A DNA stretch of 64,000 bases from Podarcis vaucheri (GCA_965113315.1 OZ220364.1), one strand, 5' to 3'. Counted from the first letter of the stretch, positions 47,609-60,710 are shown. The notes: generated from the letters alone by a model not told the origin. Made by a program: numbers and translations.

Positions 47609-49317
47609 GTAAAGCCTTAATGACTACTTCATAGATTCCGGAGTTTGTGTGAAATTGCCTGGATATGAATGCATGCTTAGCAGCGGGGGTTGGGGGGGGG
47701 TTGGGATGCAAATATACATTACATGCACACTGTGGATTCGTTTGCTCATATTACGAGTTTGTGAATCGAAAGGTCCCGGCGCTTGCTCCATTCATACCGC
47801 ATTGTCGCAACTTTTCCGTGGCAGAAATATAAGAATACAAGAGGAGGGCTGTGCTGAATCAAGCCCAAGGCCCAACTAATCTAGCATCCTGTTCTCACCA
47901 TAGCCTGAAAGCTGCCCGCGAGAAGCCTGTAAACAGGACCCAAGAACTCTCCCCGCTTGTGATTCCTAGCAAATGGTATACAGAGGTAGACTGCATCTGA
48001 CATCATGGCCAGCAGCAATTGATATCAGTGCTGCTCTCCATGATGAGCAGAACAAAAGAAAGGGAGGGTGTTAAAGGTACAGGCAAAGCGTACTAGCCAC
48101 AAAAGAGAAAAATCTGGTGATTGCAAGCAAGAAACCTTGTACTGTGTCCTCAAATCCTAAAGGAAGTGTTCCTGTTTAAGGTTCTTCCTCTCCTCCGTCA
48201 GGCCATTCAATTGCTGTCTCCCTTTCTATTTTCCTTTTCCATCTGATACTCGACATTCCACAACTGTTGAGCATGCTCAGTCCTTAATTGGGCCTTTCCT
48301 AGTTCCTATTTGTGTTTTTCACCTTAAGGCTTTCTTGCACTTCTGGGGTTCCCTTGAGCATGCAGATGCAGTCCCTCCCTCTTGTTTCCCCCCCCCCCCC
48401 CAGTGTCCTTATTTTGGCTATAATCCTGTCAACGCTTGAGTTTGCGGTTAGAAGGAGTGATAAAGAAGTTCAGTGGTTTGTGATGCAAAACACTCTTAAT
48501 TGTAGAAGTGGGCAATAAAGAAACAATCACCGTGAGTGATGGCGAAAGTGCAAAACCCACATGAGTGTTGTATCCAGCAACTCACCAAAGGAAAAGGAGC
48601 TACTGGGTTGTATTACTGGGTTATCATCTGATCCTCTTTCTTTACATGTGTACAGCACTCTTCCAAGAGTGCCACATGGGGGTGCTTTTCCAACATGATT
48701 CCATATGTGAAAATTTAGCGGGTGGGAAACAGGCCAAAATTATGTCGTGAGGCTGCACACGCAACATACTTTTAAAGCACACACGCATATATCTCATCCA
48801 AGAATCCTGGGGACTATTTTACCCCCTCACGGAGCTACAATTCCCTTAACACACTACAGTTCCCACAATTCCTTTGCGGGGAGGAAAATGTGCTTTAAAT
48901 GTATGGGGTGTATGCAGCTTCCCCCCCCCGACCCCCCCAGTTTTCGAAGCCCTACTGTGCACATTACTAAGATGCATTTGAGAACAGCAGCCAGCTGTTT
49001 GCTTTCTGCCAGTCTAAAAGCAATATTCTCCAACCCTAAAAGGCAAACTCTACAACTGTACATTAATTTATATAATAAAGAAATCAAAGTTTCTTTCTCA
49101 GGCCGAGTTTCTCATCAGCATAAGAGGGTGACAGGTGATTTGAGGCAGCTTGCACTGCCTTTAGGTTCTCTGTTTTAATTGTGGAATGATGCAGTGCTAG
49201 ATGGGAGGGTTGGCCTCATAGCGTATGTCTGATGCTGTATTGTTTTTAATATTCAGTTGGAAGTCGCCCAGAGTGGCTGGGGAAACCCAGCCAGATGGGC
49301 GGGGTATAAATAATTAA

Positions 49318-49367
<50 letters not shown>

Positions 49368-49499
49368 TAATTAGCAGCTGGGGGGGGCTGAGAAGAGTAG
49401 GATGTTATTTTTACCTTCCACTCTCACTTAACTTTTGCTTCCAACCTTTAGAAGACAGCCTTGTGCACCTCTTAAACCCCTCTCTACTGCTATAAGTTA

Positions 49500-49715
49500 C
49501 AGTGGTACCTCGGGTTACATACGCTTCAGGTTACAGACTCCGCTAACCCAGAAATATTACCTCGGGTTAAGAACTTTGCTTCAGGATGAGAACAGAAATT
49601 GTGCTCTGGCAGCGCGGCGGCCCCATTAGCTAAAGTGGTGCTTCAGGTTAAGAACAGTTTCAGGTTAAGTACGGACCTCCGGAACGAATTAAGTACTTAA
49701 CCCGAGATACCACTG
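49500..49715 (+). mobile_element. CAGTGGTACCTC-family MITE
   Basis: TIRs with TA flanks. Confidence 0.9.
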
Positions 49716-49864
49716 TACAGAAATATTATGTGAAAATTAAATTTTTGTTGGTCTTTGTGAGCAAGTGGTTATCATGCAGTGAAGCAACTTTATGGCACGA
49801 CTGTGGTCCTTTAGTAGATTACTCTTTTTATAAATGGGCTTTTTGAGGGTTGGTAAGCTTAAGT

Positions 49865-50230
49865 GGGACGCGGGTGGCGCTGTGGGTAAAAGCCTCAGCG
49901 CCTAGGGCTTGCCGATCGAAAGGTCGGCGGTTCGAATCCCCGCAGCGGGGTGCGCTCCCGTTGCTCGGTCCTATCGCTTGCCAACCTAGCAGTTCAAAAG
50001 CACCCCCGGGTGCAAGTAGATAAATAGGTACTGCTTTATAGCGGGAAGGTAAACGGCGTTTCCGTGTGCTGCGCTGGCTCTCCAGATGCAGCTTTGCCAC
50101 GCTGGCCACGTGACCCGGAAGTGTCTCCGGACAGCACTGGCCCTCGGCCTCTTAAGTGAGATGGGCGCACAACCCTAGAGTCTGTCAAGACTGGCCCGTA
50201 CGGGCAGGGATACCTTTACCTTTACCTTTA
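49865..50230 (+). mobile_element. Sauria SINE (subfamily with a different 3' part)
   Basis: Intact CpG-rich head with A/B boxes, (ACCTTT)n tail, TSD-like TAAGCTTAAGT / TAAGCTCAAGT. Confidence 0.9.
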
Positions 50231-50373
50231 TTAAGCTCAAGTGGCCTTATGCTGTATGTTACTATTCCGTGCTAATAATACTCTATTCACTAACCATTGA
50301 GAGATTTTTAGAATGATCTTAACCGACTTCTCAAGTGCAGCTGTGGAGATAAATGTCACATTTTTCATTCTAG

Positions 50374-50515
50374 CACTGGTTATGGGGAGTGTTTGCTTGA
50401 TGAACCTTCACCGAGAAAGTATGCGTTGCCTCAACAACTTCCAGGATACATATATGACGTTAATAAGCAGTGTGAGTTAATTTTTGGGCCTGGAGCTAAG
50501 GTTTGCCCCTACATG
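50374..50515 (+). CDS. ADAMTS9: ADAMTS9 exon 10 (catalytic domain end, disintegrin-like start)
   Basis: Acceptor ttctag|C; reads TGYGECLLDEPSPRKYALPQQLPGYIYDVNKQCELIFGPGAKVCPYM; donor ATG|GTAAGA; 142 nt. Confidence 0.96.
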
Positions 50516-50696
50516 GTAAGAACACTTTTTTAAAAAAAAAACAAACTTGCTTTGAGTATGAAATACTGATAGGCACATTTCGAATAAGATGCATGCATGT
50601 GTTTTGTATGTGAGATTCCTAAATGAGACAAATCCTTGTTGTTGAAAAAGATTGCAGCCTTTCAGTCATTTTAGATTCGAAGCTTTACAGTGTGAG

Positions 50697-50737
<41 letters not shown>

Positions 50738-51972
50738 AAAACCACTTTCCCAGGTCCTCTCACATGGCTGTGGTATTATTATTATTATTAGTAGTAGTAG
50801 TAGTAGTGGTAGTAATAGTAGTATTAATACTTACAGACCACCCTTCACGAAATGGCTCCAGGGACGTTACAAGAATTTAGAATTAGAATTAGTAATTAGA
50901 ATTTCTAATTCTAATATACTAACATTAAAATCATAAAATTGCAGCAAGAAAACCAATAGCAAATACTGTATGTGTTTGAATGCCACAATGCATGGGTCAG
51001 GTCAATCTTGTGGACCTTTCTTACCCAGTCAACACCCTACTTCCTTACAGAGTGCTGATCAGATGTTGGAAATCCATGCAGTCTGCCCAGTCCCTGTATT
51101 TGGGTTGTTCATGTTCATTACACAGCCATGTGAGAGATGCCTCTGGGTAGGTGTGTGAATGGGGCCTGCTTGAGCAGCAACATTTAAGCTTACAGGCAAT
51201 ATTAGGTAACTTCAGTCTACAAGCACAATATGTGGTAAAACTTGTGCCCAATTTTAAATTTGCTGGGTGAAGGGAGAGGAAACATGATAGGATTTGGAAG
51301 GACTGATGTCGCAGAAATCCCTGTTTATATCACCAAATTCTGACCTAGAGCAGGTTCTGCATGCTGCTACAGGAAGAACTTAAAATTTTATATAACTGTT
51401 CCAAATTAGGAATCACAGAGGGGAAATGGCTTATCCACATATTTTAATAGTAATAGAGTTGGAATGTAAGACAGTCTCATTGTTAACTGTGATTGCCAAC
51501 CTGATTTTCTTTCTACACTTCAGGGGCTCCATACTGCAAATGATATTGCTGATCTTAAAATCTTGCTCTCTCCTGCCCCTAGAATACTCCCTTTTTGACG
51601 CTTTAATGCTTTAAGTTCCCCTGGCTGAGCCTCAGCTGAGCCAGGGTCAGTGTCTTACACAGCAAAGCCCCAGCTGAGCCAGGAAACCCAAGATCCACTG
51701 AATCCAAACTCTCCCGCCCCAGTGAATCTTCGGTTTGGACTGAGCTGTTGGCTACTAACCCGGCCGCTGAAATCCATGGTTAAGGCACTTAAGCAGAAAG
51801 CTTCTCCGTTTGCAACCAGAGCCCGAGTCATCTTCCCCTGCTTTATTGCGTTCGTTGTTTACACACGATGGTAACAACACCAGGGAGATAATCTAAACTA
51901 TGTCTCTGGGCTATGATGTATGTTGGGTTGGCTGTTCAGTAATGCTGAGACTTTTTGAACTCACTTAAGCAG

Positions 51973-52077
51973 AAGCAGTGCAGGAGACTCTGGTGCATCA
52001 ATGCTGATGGAGCACATAAAGGATGCCGGACTCAACACACGCCATGGGCTGATGGGACGGAATGTGGCCAGGGCAAG
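51973..52077 (+). CDS. ADAMTS9: ADAMTS9 exon 11 (disintegrin-like)
   Basis: Reads [35 protein letters not shown]; donor AAG|GTTTGT. The acceptor lies in a tandem AAGCAGAAGCAG run, so the start could shift by multiples of 3. Confidence 0.92.
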
Positions 52078-52428
52078 GTTTGTTTCAGCTCCTTGACTCG
52101 TTCTTGCTAACCCCAAAGACGTGAGCCGTAATGCCTCCAAGCATGGCCATGGAACATTGCTAGCCTTATCCTCCATGAATTTGCCTAATCCTCTTTTAGA
52201 GGCATTAGATGATGATGGGAATTGTAGTCCAAAAGCAGCTGGAGACCTAAGTTTGGGAAACCCCGATCTAAACTAAAAAGCCCCAAATGTTGTAACCTTT
52301 GGGGAGTTGCTCCATCTCCTTGACCATATTTGGCTGCCATTTTCTGAAGCTTTCTCAACTCTACGATACCCTTTTTGAGGGGAGGCAACCGGAACTGTAC
52401 ACAATATTTCAAGTGTGGTCATGCCATG

Positions 52429-52910
52429 GTTGTTGTTGTTGTTTAGTCATGTCCGACTCTTCGTGACCCCATGGACCAGAGCACGCCAGGCACTCCTGTC
52501 TTCCACTGCCTCCCGCAGTTTGGTCAAACTCATGCTGGTAACTTCGAGAACACTATCCAACCATCTCGTCCTCTGTCCTCCCCTTCTCCTTGTATCCTCC
52601 ATCTTTCCCAACATCAGGGTCTTTTGCAGGGAGTCTTCTCTTCTCATGAGGTGGCCAAAGTATTGGAGCCTCAGCTTCACGATCTGTCCTTCCAGTGAGC
52701 ACTCAGGGCTGATTTCCTTCAGAATGGATAGGTTTGATCTTCTTGCAGTCCAGGGGACTCTCAAGAGTCTCCTCCAGCACCATAATTCAAAAGCATTGAT
52801 TCTTCGGCGATCAGCCTTCTTTATGGTCCAGCTCTCACTTCCATACATCACTACTGGGAAAACCATAGCTTTAACTATATGGAACGTTGGCAAGGTGATG
52901 TCTCTGCTTT
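52429..52910 (-). mobile_element. BovB LINE 3' fragment abutting an old CR1 fragment (~52160-52425)
   Basis: ORF 52447-52893 nearly identical to the 38482 copy; (CAA)n tail. Confidence 0.93.
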
Positions 52911-54274
52911 TGTTTTTAAATCAGCATTATTTCAGATTCATCTGATTCACACAACTAGACGTAGCACTCACCTGCAGTTGCCATCGTTGGATTACACCAG
53001 TTTTCTCCAGTAAGGCTTCCACCTTTCACTGCTGGCTCAAACATGTGTAAAACGTGCCGCGTCGTGTGAGTTCTAGGCGCTCTCAAGCCAAATTGGTCTG
53101 TTCTGCGCGGAGCGCGATTGCTATTCAATATTTTCACTGCACATGGCAGCTGTTCCGCAAGATGTTCCTCTTTGGGGATAGCGCTGTCTATATTGATGCC
53201 ATGTGTATCTTTATTTTGACAGCTGCAGAACCTCTGTGCTCTTGCAGAAGGTTAGCGTAGGAATTGATGCTGCCGTTCTTAAATTCTCCGAGCTTCCCCT
53301 TCGCTGGGAGTGATGTGGTTGCACATAAGTGGTGCAGGATCTTTTCAGAAGGGGAACATATTGTGCCTAGGGCATCCAGCTTGACAGGGCAGAGACATGA
53401 ATCCACTCTCTCCTTCCTCCCCACCCCTGTTATTTACATCATCTTTTTTTTTTTAGCCTTCAGTATTTGAGAGGTTCTTTCAACATGCCTGATCTGCAGA
53501 TGCATCTTTTCTTTCTACGCACTGTGACATCTAACCTGTGATCAGAAAATCAGCCAGGCTGCTTTCCTCAGAAGCTGTAACAGCTTTCGCTTCTCATCCT
53601 GGATCAGCAAATGAGCAGAACTCAATTACTTGGGGAGTTGTCACTCCACTGTCCTCAGCAGACTGATTGTCCTTCATTGTTCAAAGATTCAAAACTCATT
53701 CATATCTGCAGTAGAATTTGATGGGAGTGGAAGCTTCTTAATCCATAACTAAAAACTGATTATAAATTCACTGCCCTGGTTCAGATACAATGGGAAACTG
53801 AAGTTTCCTGCTACACGAGCATCAAGATTGTGCCCTCCCCTCCCCTCTTCCATGCACCAGACAGAGAACATTGAAAGCACCCACTTCTGCTTTTAAGCAA
53901 ACTTTGGTTCCTTGTGATGCTTGAAGTTGAAAAACTGTGGCTTGTTTAAACTGTGTGTTTTTGAACAAGTCAGCACCTGAAACAATGTCTTTATCTTGGC
54001 TTATCCTCACTTACCATAGTTTAACCAACTCCCTTGATAAAATAATGAGTAGAAGAATTTCATTTTAGTAGGATGGAAAATACCAGTTTATCATAGTGTT
54101 ACAACCAGATTTTGAGCAGCAGCAAAAAAGCAAATGCAGCTCCCCACATCACAGTAAACGGGAAAATGCCCCCTGCACAACTTGGGTTAGGAGAGAAGGT
54201 TGATCTCTAATATTGTGTTCTGCAAGGTGCAATTTCTTTTCCTGCTAAGTTTGACAACATCACATTCAGGTGTA

Positions 54275-54671
54275 AAGCTAGACTGGTGACTGGGAGTGGC
54301 CGCCGAGACCATATAACACTGGTCTTGAAAGACCTACATTGGATCCCATTACGTTTCCGAGCACAATTCAAAGTGTTGGTGCTGACCTTTAAAGCCCTAA
54401 ACAGCCTCAGTCCAGTATACCTGAAGGAGCATCTCCACCCCCATCATCTGACCTGGACACTGAGGTCCAACTCCAAGGGTTTTCTGGCGGTTCCCTCACT
54501 CCAAGAAGCATAGTTACAGGGGACCAGGCATCTGAAGGCAGCCATGTTTAGGGAAGTTTTTAATGACTGATGTTTTAATGTATTTTTAGTCTTTTGTTGG
54601 GAGCTGCCCAGAGTGGCTGGGGAAACCCAGCCAGATGGGTGGGGTATAAATAATAAACTACTAGTAGTAGT
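54275..54671 (+). mobile_element. L2-clade LINE 3' fragment (internally deleted)
   Basis: DHITLVLKDLHWIPLRFRAQFKVLVLTFKALN motif plus the shared 3' UTR. Confidence 0.85.
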
Positions 54672-54767
54672 ATCTCGGGTTCATTTTAGAATGCTTGGAT
54701 CCAGATCATAGCAATGAAACAATGTTGTGAAACTCTTCCTTTTTCTATTGCCCTTTCTGGAGTGTAG

Positions 54768-54913
54768 CACTGCAAATATGGCCACTGTGTTCCCAGAGAG
54801 CGAGAGATATCCATGACGGACGGAGCATGGGGCACATGGAGTCCCTTTGGCGCATGCTCACGAACATGTGGTGGGGGCATAAAAAATGCTGTTCGAGAAT
54901 GCAACAGGCCTGA
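54768..54913 (+). CDS. ADAMTS9: ADAMTS9 exon 12 (TSR1 first half)
   Basis: Acceptor gtgtag|CAC; reads [48 protein letters not shown](E); donor TGA|GTAAGT; 146 nt. Confidence 0.97.
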
Positions 54914-56153
54914 GTAAGTACAGGAGTGCTAACCAACTGTTCAGCTTACTGATGAAAGAGTAACAGCCATTGTTGGCCTCCCTCCCAAAATGAAAAAAAT
55001 GTCGCTAAAATGCTGATATCTCTAGTGCTGTAGTAAACCATATGAGGATGTCTTGTTCTTATATCATAAGGAAGTATTTCATCTAAGGATAGATGGATCA
55101 ACCTATTTCTTAGCCCTCAGTTATATGTATAATCCATCCTCATTTTGCATTTAAATTATCTTCATTTTATATATATTCTTACTCTGAAATACACATTTTG
55201 TATGTTTTTCAATATTCTCCACTAAAACATGCATCTGTATAAACATCTTTTTAAAAAAAATATTCATTTTTGGTGTATTTTTTTGAACGAAAGCTACACC
55301 ACCCAATTTGGAGAGGTGCATAGTCTGATTTGTAGCTGCATTATCACCAGCTTATGAAACTGAAACTGGCCAATTAGGTCACTTAGCTTTAAAACAAATT
55401 TCTTTTGTGTTGCGAATTTCAGTCCTCAGTTTCCAGCTGTGGAAGTCATACAATTGACGATGAAGATTTTTAATCAGTACTGATCTCAAATAAGCAGAAT
55501 GAGAAGAAGTAATGCGTCAATTGTTGAATGTTCTTCCACAAGAGAGGGTCACATGGTGTCTGATCTAATTTTGGCATCAGTCAAATACCTTGTTTGAACT
55601 TTCTCAAGCCTTTTAATTCGGTTTGCTGTTGTGCTTTAATTTTTGTGTTACTCCTTTTAAATTTACTGACATTTGTGTGTGTGTGTGTCTATAATCAGAA
55701 GCCACTTCAGGAATTCTTTAGAGTGCAAATTTCTTTTAAAATGCTGTTTGTTTTTAATGTCATATTCATTTTGGGTCAAATAGTACTTGTAAGTGATATT
55801 GTCTCACAAGGCAACCATAGACTGCTCTCATTCTCATACGTCAGTAGATTTCGTAAAGCGCTTGGGGGTATGGTGTAGCAGTAGGCATGAGGGAGAAATA
55901 GGACTCCATTCACATATACAAGACAAACATAGCAAATTCTCACTTTCTGAATCAACATGCTAACCGAACCACAGCCATCTATAAAAGTTCACACATCTCT
56001 GAATTTTGCAGTGTGGTTGTCTAGCCAAGTTAAGTATGCAGGAATGCTCAAATGCATAATGAGTGTGCATAAATATGCCTATATTAGTGGGGAAAGTTAT
56101 ATTGGGGATGCTTTGTAAGAAATATGCGTAATTACATACAACAATGTGTACAT

Positions 56154-56489
56154 TACCTGAAGGACTGTCTCCACCCCCATCGTTCAGCCCGGACACTGAG
56201 ATCCAGCGCCGAGGGCCTTCTGGCGGTTCCCTCATTGCGAGAAGTGAGGTTACAGGGAACCAGGCAGGGGGCCTTCTCGGTAGTGGCGCCCACCCTGTAG
56301 AACTCCCTCCCTTCACATGTGAAGGAAATAAGCAGTTATCCTATCTTTCAAAGACATCTGAAGGCAGCCCTGTTTAGGGAAGTTTTTAATATTTAATGCT
56401 GTACTGTTTTTAACACTTGATTGGGAGCCGCCCAGAGTGGCTGGAGGGGCTCAGCCAGATGGGCAGGGTATAAATAAATAAATAAATAA

Positions 56490-56530
<41 letters not shown>
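56154..56530 (+). mobile_element. L2-clade LINE 3' fragment with (TTA)n tail, nested in an older repeat
   Basis: Very similar to 22125-22479; TACATTA occurs at both junctions. Confidence 0.85.
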
Positions 56531-56531
<1 letters not shown>

Positions 56532-57655
56532 CATTAGGAGAAATTCTCTCCCTAAACTGCCGATGATTTTTCATGAAGACTATTTTTAAAAAAGAAAAAG
56601 GAGTTGCAAACTGGTGAGGAAATGTTGGGAACTGAACTTAAGATTGGAAAAATGAGAAACGGGACGAAATAGAAATTCACAGATTTCACTCCTCCCTAGT
56701 TGGCCGTGTCGAAGGACAATGGTACGAAGAGTGAGCTGGGAGAAGAAAGGGAGGAGGAGGCCAAGTGAAGCCTCTTTTCCCTGGTTTAGTGCTGCCTCCC
56801 CATTAAACTTGATGGTGCTCACAAAGCCCAAGACACAGCCTTATCCTGAGCTTTTGCTGCCAGTGGTTCTTTTTTATTTTATTTAAAATGAATTTATTCT
56901 GACACATACATGGACCAGCTCTTTTTAAGAAGATGTAAGTGGCTTTGCAAGCAGACTATGCTTTCATAGCAATCAAAGGAATGAGCAGAGCAGACCCCGT
57001 CTCACCGCGATGCTCTGCTGAGTCCCCAAGGTAGAAAAAAGGCTTAAGATAAGCCACTGATGGATGGGATTGGTGTACTTACTGGATGCCACATGGGGAA
57101 GACGCTTTCAGCAAAGCAAGACTGGCCTCAACCACCGTTTGCAAATCTATGTCGGCAATCATATACGTCGTATATGTCTAAAAATGTTTGTATCCCATCT
57201 CTTCGACATAACTGATTTACAAACTGGCAAGTAGGATAGCGTCACAGCAAAACAATAAAAAGCAGCAATTAAAACAATGGCCATAATTTCAAGAGTAAAA
57301 GTAAAATTGGAGTAAAAATGGCAGAAGTATAAACTCACTTTAACAGCTGAGACGTCTGTTGTGGTGGACTTTCTTATATGACATTCTTTCATCCTTTTAA
57401 TATTTTTTGCTTTCTTGTTTTTAGCTATAGATTTTATTTATTTATTTTATTAAAAAAAATAAGGGAGCAATCCTGTACTTCCTTGGAGACGCCACCAGGC
57501 TAGGGTTTCCCAAACTTCGGTCTCCAGCTGTTGTTGGACCACAATCCCCATTATCCCTGACCACTGGTCCTGCTAGCTAGGGATGATGGGAGTTGTAGTC
57601 CAAGAACAGCTGGAGACCCAAATTTGGGAAACCCTGCTCCGGGCTATACGTTCTT

Positions 57656-57984
57656 AAGGTAAAGGTAAAGGGACCCCTGACCATTAAGTCCAGTCATGGC
57701 CGACTCTGGGGTTGCGGCGCTCATCTCGCTTTATTGGCTGAGGGAGCCGGCGTACAGCTTCCGGGTCATGTGGCCAGCATGACTAAGCCACTTCTGGCAA
57801 ACCAGAGCAGCACACGGAAACACCGTTTACCTTCCCTTCTACTTGCACTTTGACTTGCTTTTGAACTGCTAGGTTGGCAGGAGCAGGGTCTGAGCAACGG
57901 GAGCTCACCCCGTTGCGGGGATTCGAACCGTCGACCTTCTGATCGGCAAGTCCTAGGCTCTGTGGTTTAACCCACAGTGCCACC
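57656..57984 (-). mobile_element. Sauria SINE
   Basis: Very similar to 36834-37198, with small deletions. Confidence 0.9.
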
Positions 57985-58213
57985 ACTGGCATAAAGGCCA
58001 TTCTATTGACCGAGGGAGGTCCACCAGTAAACGCCCCCAGAGGTCCCCTAGTATGCAAAATATGAATGCCTGCTAGCACTGGTGTTCTGGCCACATGCCA
58101 AGTCCCTTAGCTTAAGATGAGTCTAGAAAACCTTCTGACTACAGCTGCCTATATTTTCCCGCTGTAGAGCAGAAAGTTTGGGTTGATAACCCAAGAGTCT
58201 TTCCAACTGTCTG

Positions 58214-58377
58214 TTAAAAAACTATGAACATTGGGATGCAGAAAGGGAGGTATGGGGAAGTCCGAGAAAAGAAGTTTACGAAAAATTGTTATGAAACTAT
58301 ACGTGTTTGTATGTCTTTTTATGTGTGTGTTTGTTTAAAAAACTTTGTAAAATTAATACAAATTTTATTTTAAAAAA
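58214..58377 (+). mobile_element. Short poly(A)-tailed L1-type 3' end
   Basis: 21-bp TSD AAGAGTCTTTCCAACTGTCTG at 58193-58213 and 58378-58398; A-tail. Confidence 0.8.
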
Positions 58378-58573
58378 AAGAGTCTTTCCAACTGTCTGAA
58401 TGCGGAAAAAGATTTCATTTCAGATATCTATTGAAAAAACAGAATGGAATTTGATTGTATAAGAAAAGGAAATGTCCCAAATGGCAATTGTGAACAAGGC
58501 ATGGCAATATTGGAGACAGTACTTAATTGGGAACATACCCTCTCTGTCAGTGGGTACTTCTTCTGCTTCAAAG

Positions 58574-59064
58574 TAGAATCATAGAATCATAGAGTTGGAA
58601 TAGACCACAAGGGCCATCGAGTCAAACCCCCTGCCAAGCAGGAAACACCATCAGAGCACTCCTGACATATGGTTGTCAAGCCTCTGCTTAAAGACCTCCA
58701 AAGAAGGAGACTCCACCACACTCCTTGGCAGCAAATTCCACTGTCGAACAGCTCTTACTGTCAGGAAGTTCTTCCTAATGTTTAGGTGGAATCTTCTTTC
58801 TTGTAGTTTGGATCCATTGCTCCGTGTCCGCTTCTCTGGAGCAGCAGAAAACAACCTTTCTCCCTCCTCTATGTGACATCCTTTTATATATTTGAACATG
58901 GCTATCATATCACCCCTTAACCTCCTCTTCTCCCGGCTAAACATGCCCAGCTCCCTTAGCCGTTCCTCATAAGGCATCGTTTCCAGGCCTTTGACCATTT
59001 TGGTTGCCCTCCTCTGGACATGTTCCAGTTTGTTAGTGTCCTTCTTGAACTGTGGTGCCCAGTA
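58574..59064 (-). mobile_element. CR1 LINE 3' fragment (young)
   Basis: Open ORF2 C-terminus (WAPQFKKD...LEHVQRRATKMVKGL...WNLLPRSVV) with an (ATTCTATG)n tail. Confidence 0.93.
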
Positions 59065-59548
59065 CATCGAGCCAGGTTTAGATCTGTCTCTGCTTGCTGC
59101 TGAGAAAGCTAGTACAAAGCCTTAACGGCTTCAACGTTTTCATAACATTTGTTAGAGTGGTAAAGGGCTAGTTTGGAAAAGAAAAAAATCAATTTCAGAG
59201 CTGTAAGTATGTTTTAACCCCAACATCCTGATTGAAAGGAAGTTTCATTATGGTACCGTGAAGCTGATGAATGATAGCTTGGCAGCAAAGCCCAGCTTCC
59301 TGCGGTTTGTGACAGTACCATATGTGCAGTGTGTTGCCTCTGACATCAAAAATTACACAGGAAAATGGTATTGCCTTGAAAACCTATTGTGAGCAGCCTT
59401 CAAAAACCTATTGTGAGCAGCCTTCAAACCCAGTTTCGTGTGGATTGGAATCCATACATTGTTGCTTGCTGTCTTCAAATAATAACAATTCCCTCCACGT
59501 TAAAACTTGTTTTTGGTGTCATGGTTTGAAAAAAATCTGTACATGCCT

Positions 59549-60002
59549 TGTTGTTTAGCCATGTCCGTATTGGAGCCTCAGCTTCAGGATCTGTCCTTCC
59601 AGTGAGCACTCAGGGCTGATTTCCTTCAGAATGGATAGGTTTGATCTTCTTGCAGTCCATGGGACTCTCAAGAGTCTCCTCCAGCACCATAATTCAAAAG
59701 CATCAGTTCTTCGGCGATCAGCCTTCTTTGTGGTCCAGCTCTCACTTCCATACATCACTACAGTGGTACCTCAGGTTACATACGCTTCAGGTTACAGACT
59801 TTGCTAACCCAGAAATAGTACCTCGGGTTAAGAACTTTGCTTCAGGATGAGAAGAGAAATGGCAGCAGAGGCCCCATTAGCTAAAGTGGTGCTTCAGGTT
59901 AAGAACAGTTTCAGGTTAAGAACAGACCTCCAGAAAGAATTAAGTACTTAACCCAGGGTACCACTGTACTGGGAAAACCATAGCTCCAACTATACGGACC
60001 TT
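59549..60002 (-). mobile_element. BovB 3' fragment, internally deleted and interrupted by a MITE
   Basis: 11-bp TSD TGTACATGCCT at 59538-59548 and 60003-60013; homologous to the other two copies. Confidence 0.88.
59761..59966 (+). mobile_element. CAGTGGTACCTC-family MITE nested in BovB
   Basis: Inserted at the TA of CATCAC-TA-CTGGGAAAACC with the TA duplicated. Confidence 0.92.
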
Positions 60003-60710
60003 TGTACATGCCTACTCAGAAGTAAATCCCACTGAGTTCATCATAGCTTACTCTTAGAAAAGTGGGCATAAGGTTGCAGCCTAATTTTCTTTCAAACAGT
60101 TTTGGATTAATTTATTAGCTTTTCACAATAAAGGGGGGGGATATTTCCTGTCACGTAATTAGCTCTTAAATGGATCCTGCAGTATCTTGTTGAGAACCAA
60201 GATAGTCCAGCAGACTGTGTACTGTTTTCAATCCAGATTTTCATATTAAGTGACTGGTGTGCCTTGGCTCTTGGTCTTAACATGGCTTTATTTGTGACAT
60301 TTTATTCTGCACAGATCATCTCCGCTTGGGGAATGGTATGTATGTGCTGTCACATATGAAATGCAGTGTGCAAACTTGTTTTGCAAGGAGAACACCCACG
60401 TGCTTGACAGTTCTTACCTCATCAATCCTTATAACAATACTGGAAGGTCATGTTAGTGATTCATAATCAGAACGAAGCAGCTCTCTCTAATTCTCTTCAG
60501 AAACAAGGGAGCCAGCCTGCACAGTGTGTGACCCATCACTCTAAATGAAGCCCACCACCCGTATATTGTGGCCTGCCTGGTAATCTGTATCAGTCTAGGC
60601 AAGGAGTGAAATATTAGTTCCTGTAGGCATGTCATACAAGGCTGGTGGGTTGTGTTTGCCACGAGTGGCAAAAATATTTTGGAGACCTGAAGTCAGTTCA
60701 GACTTCGACG

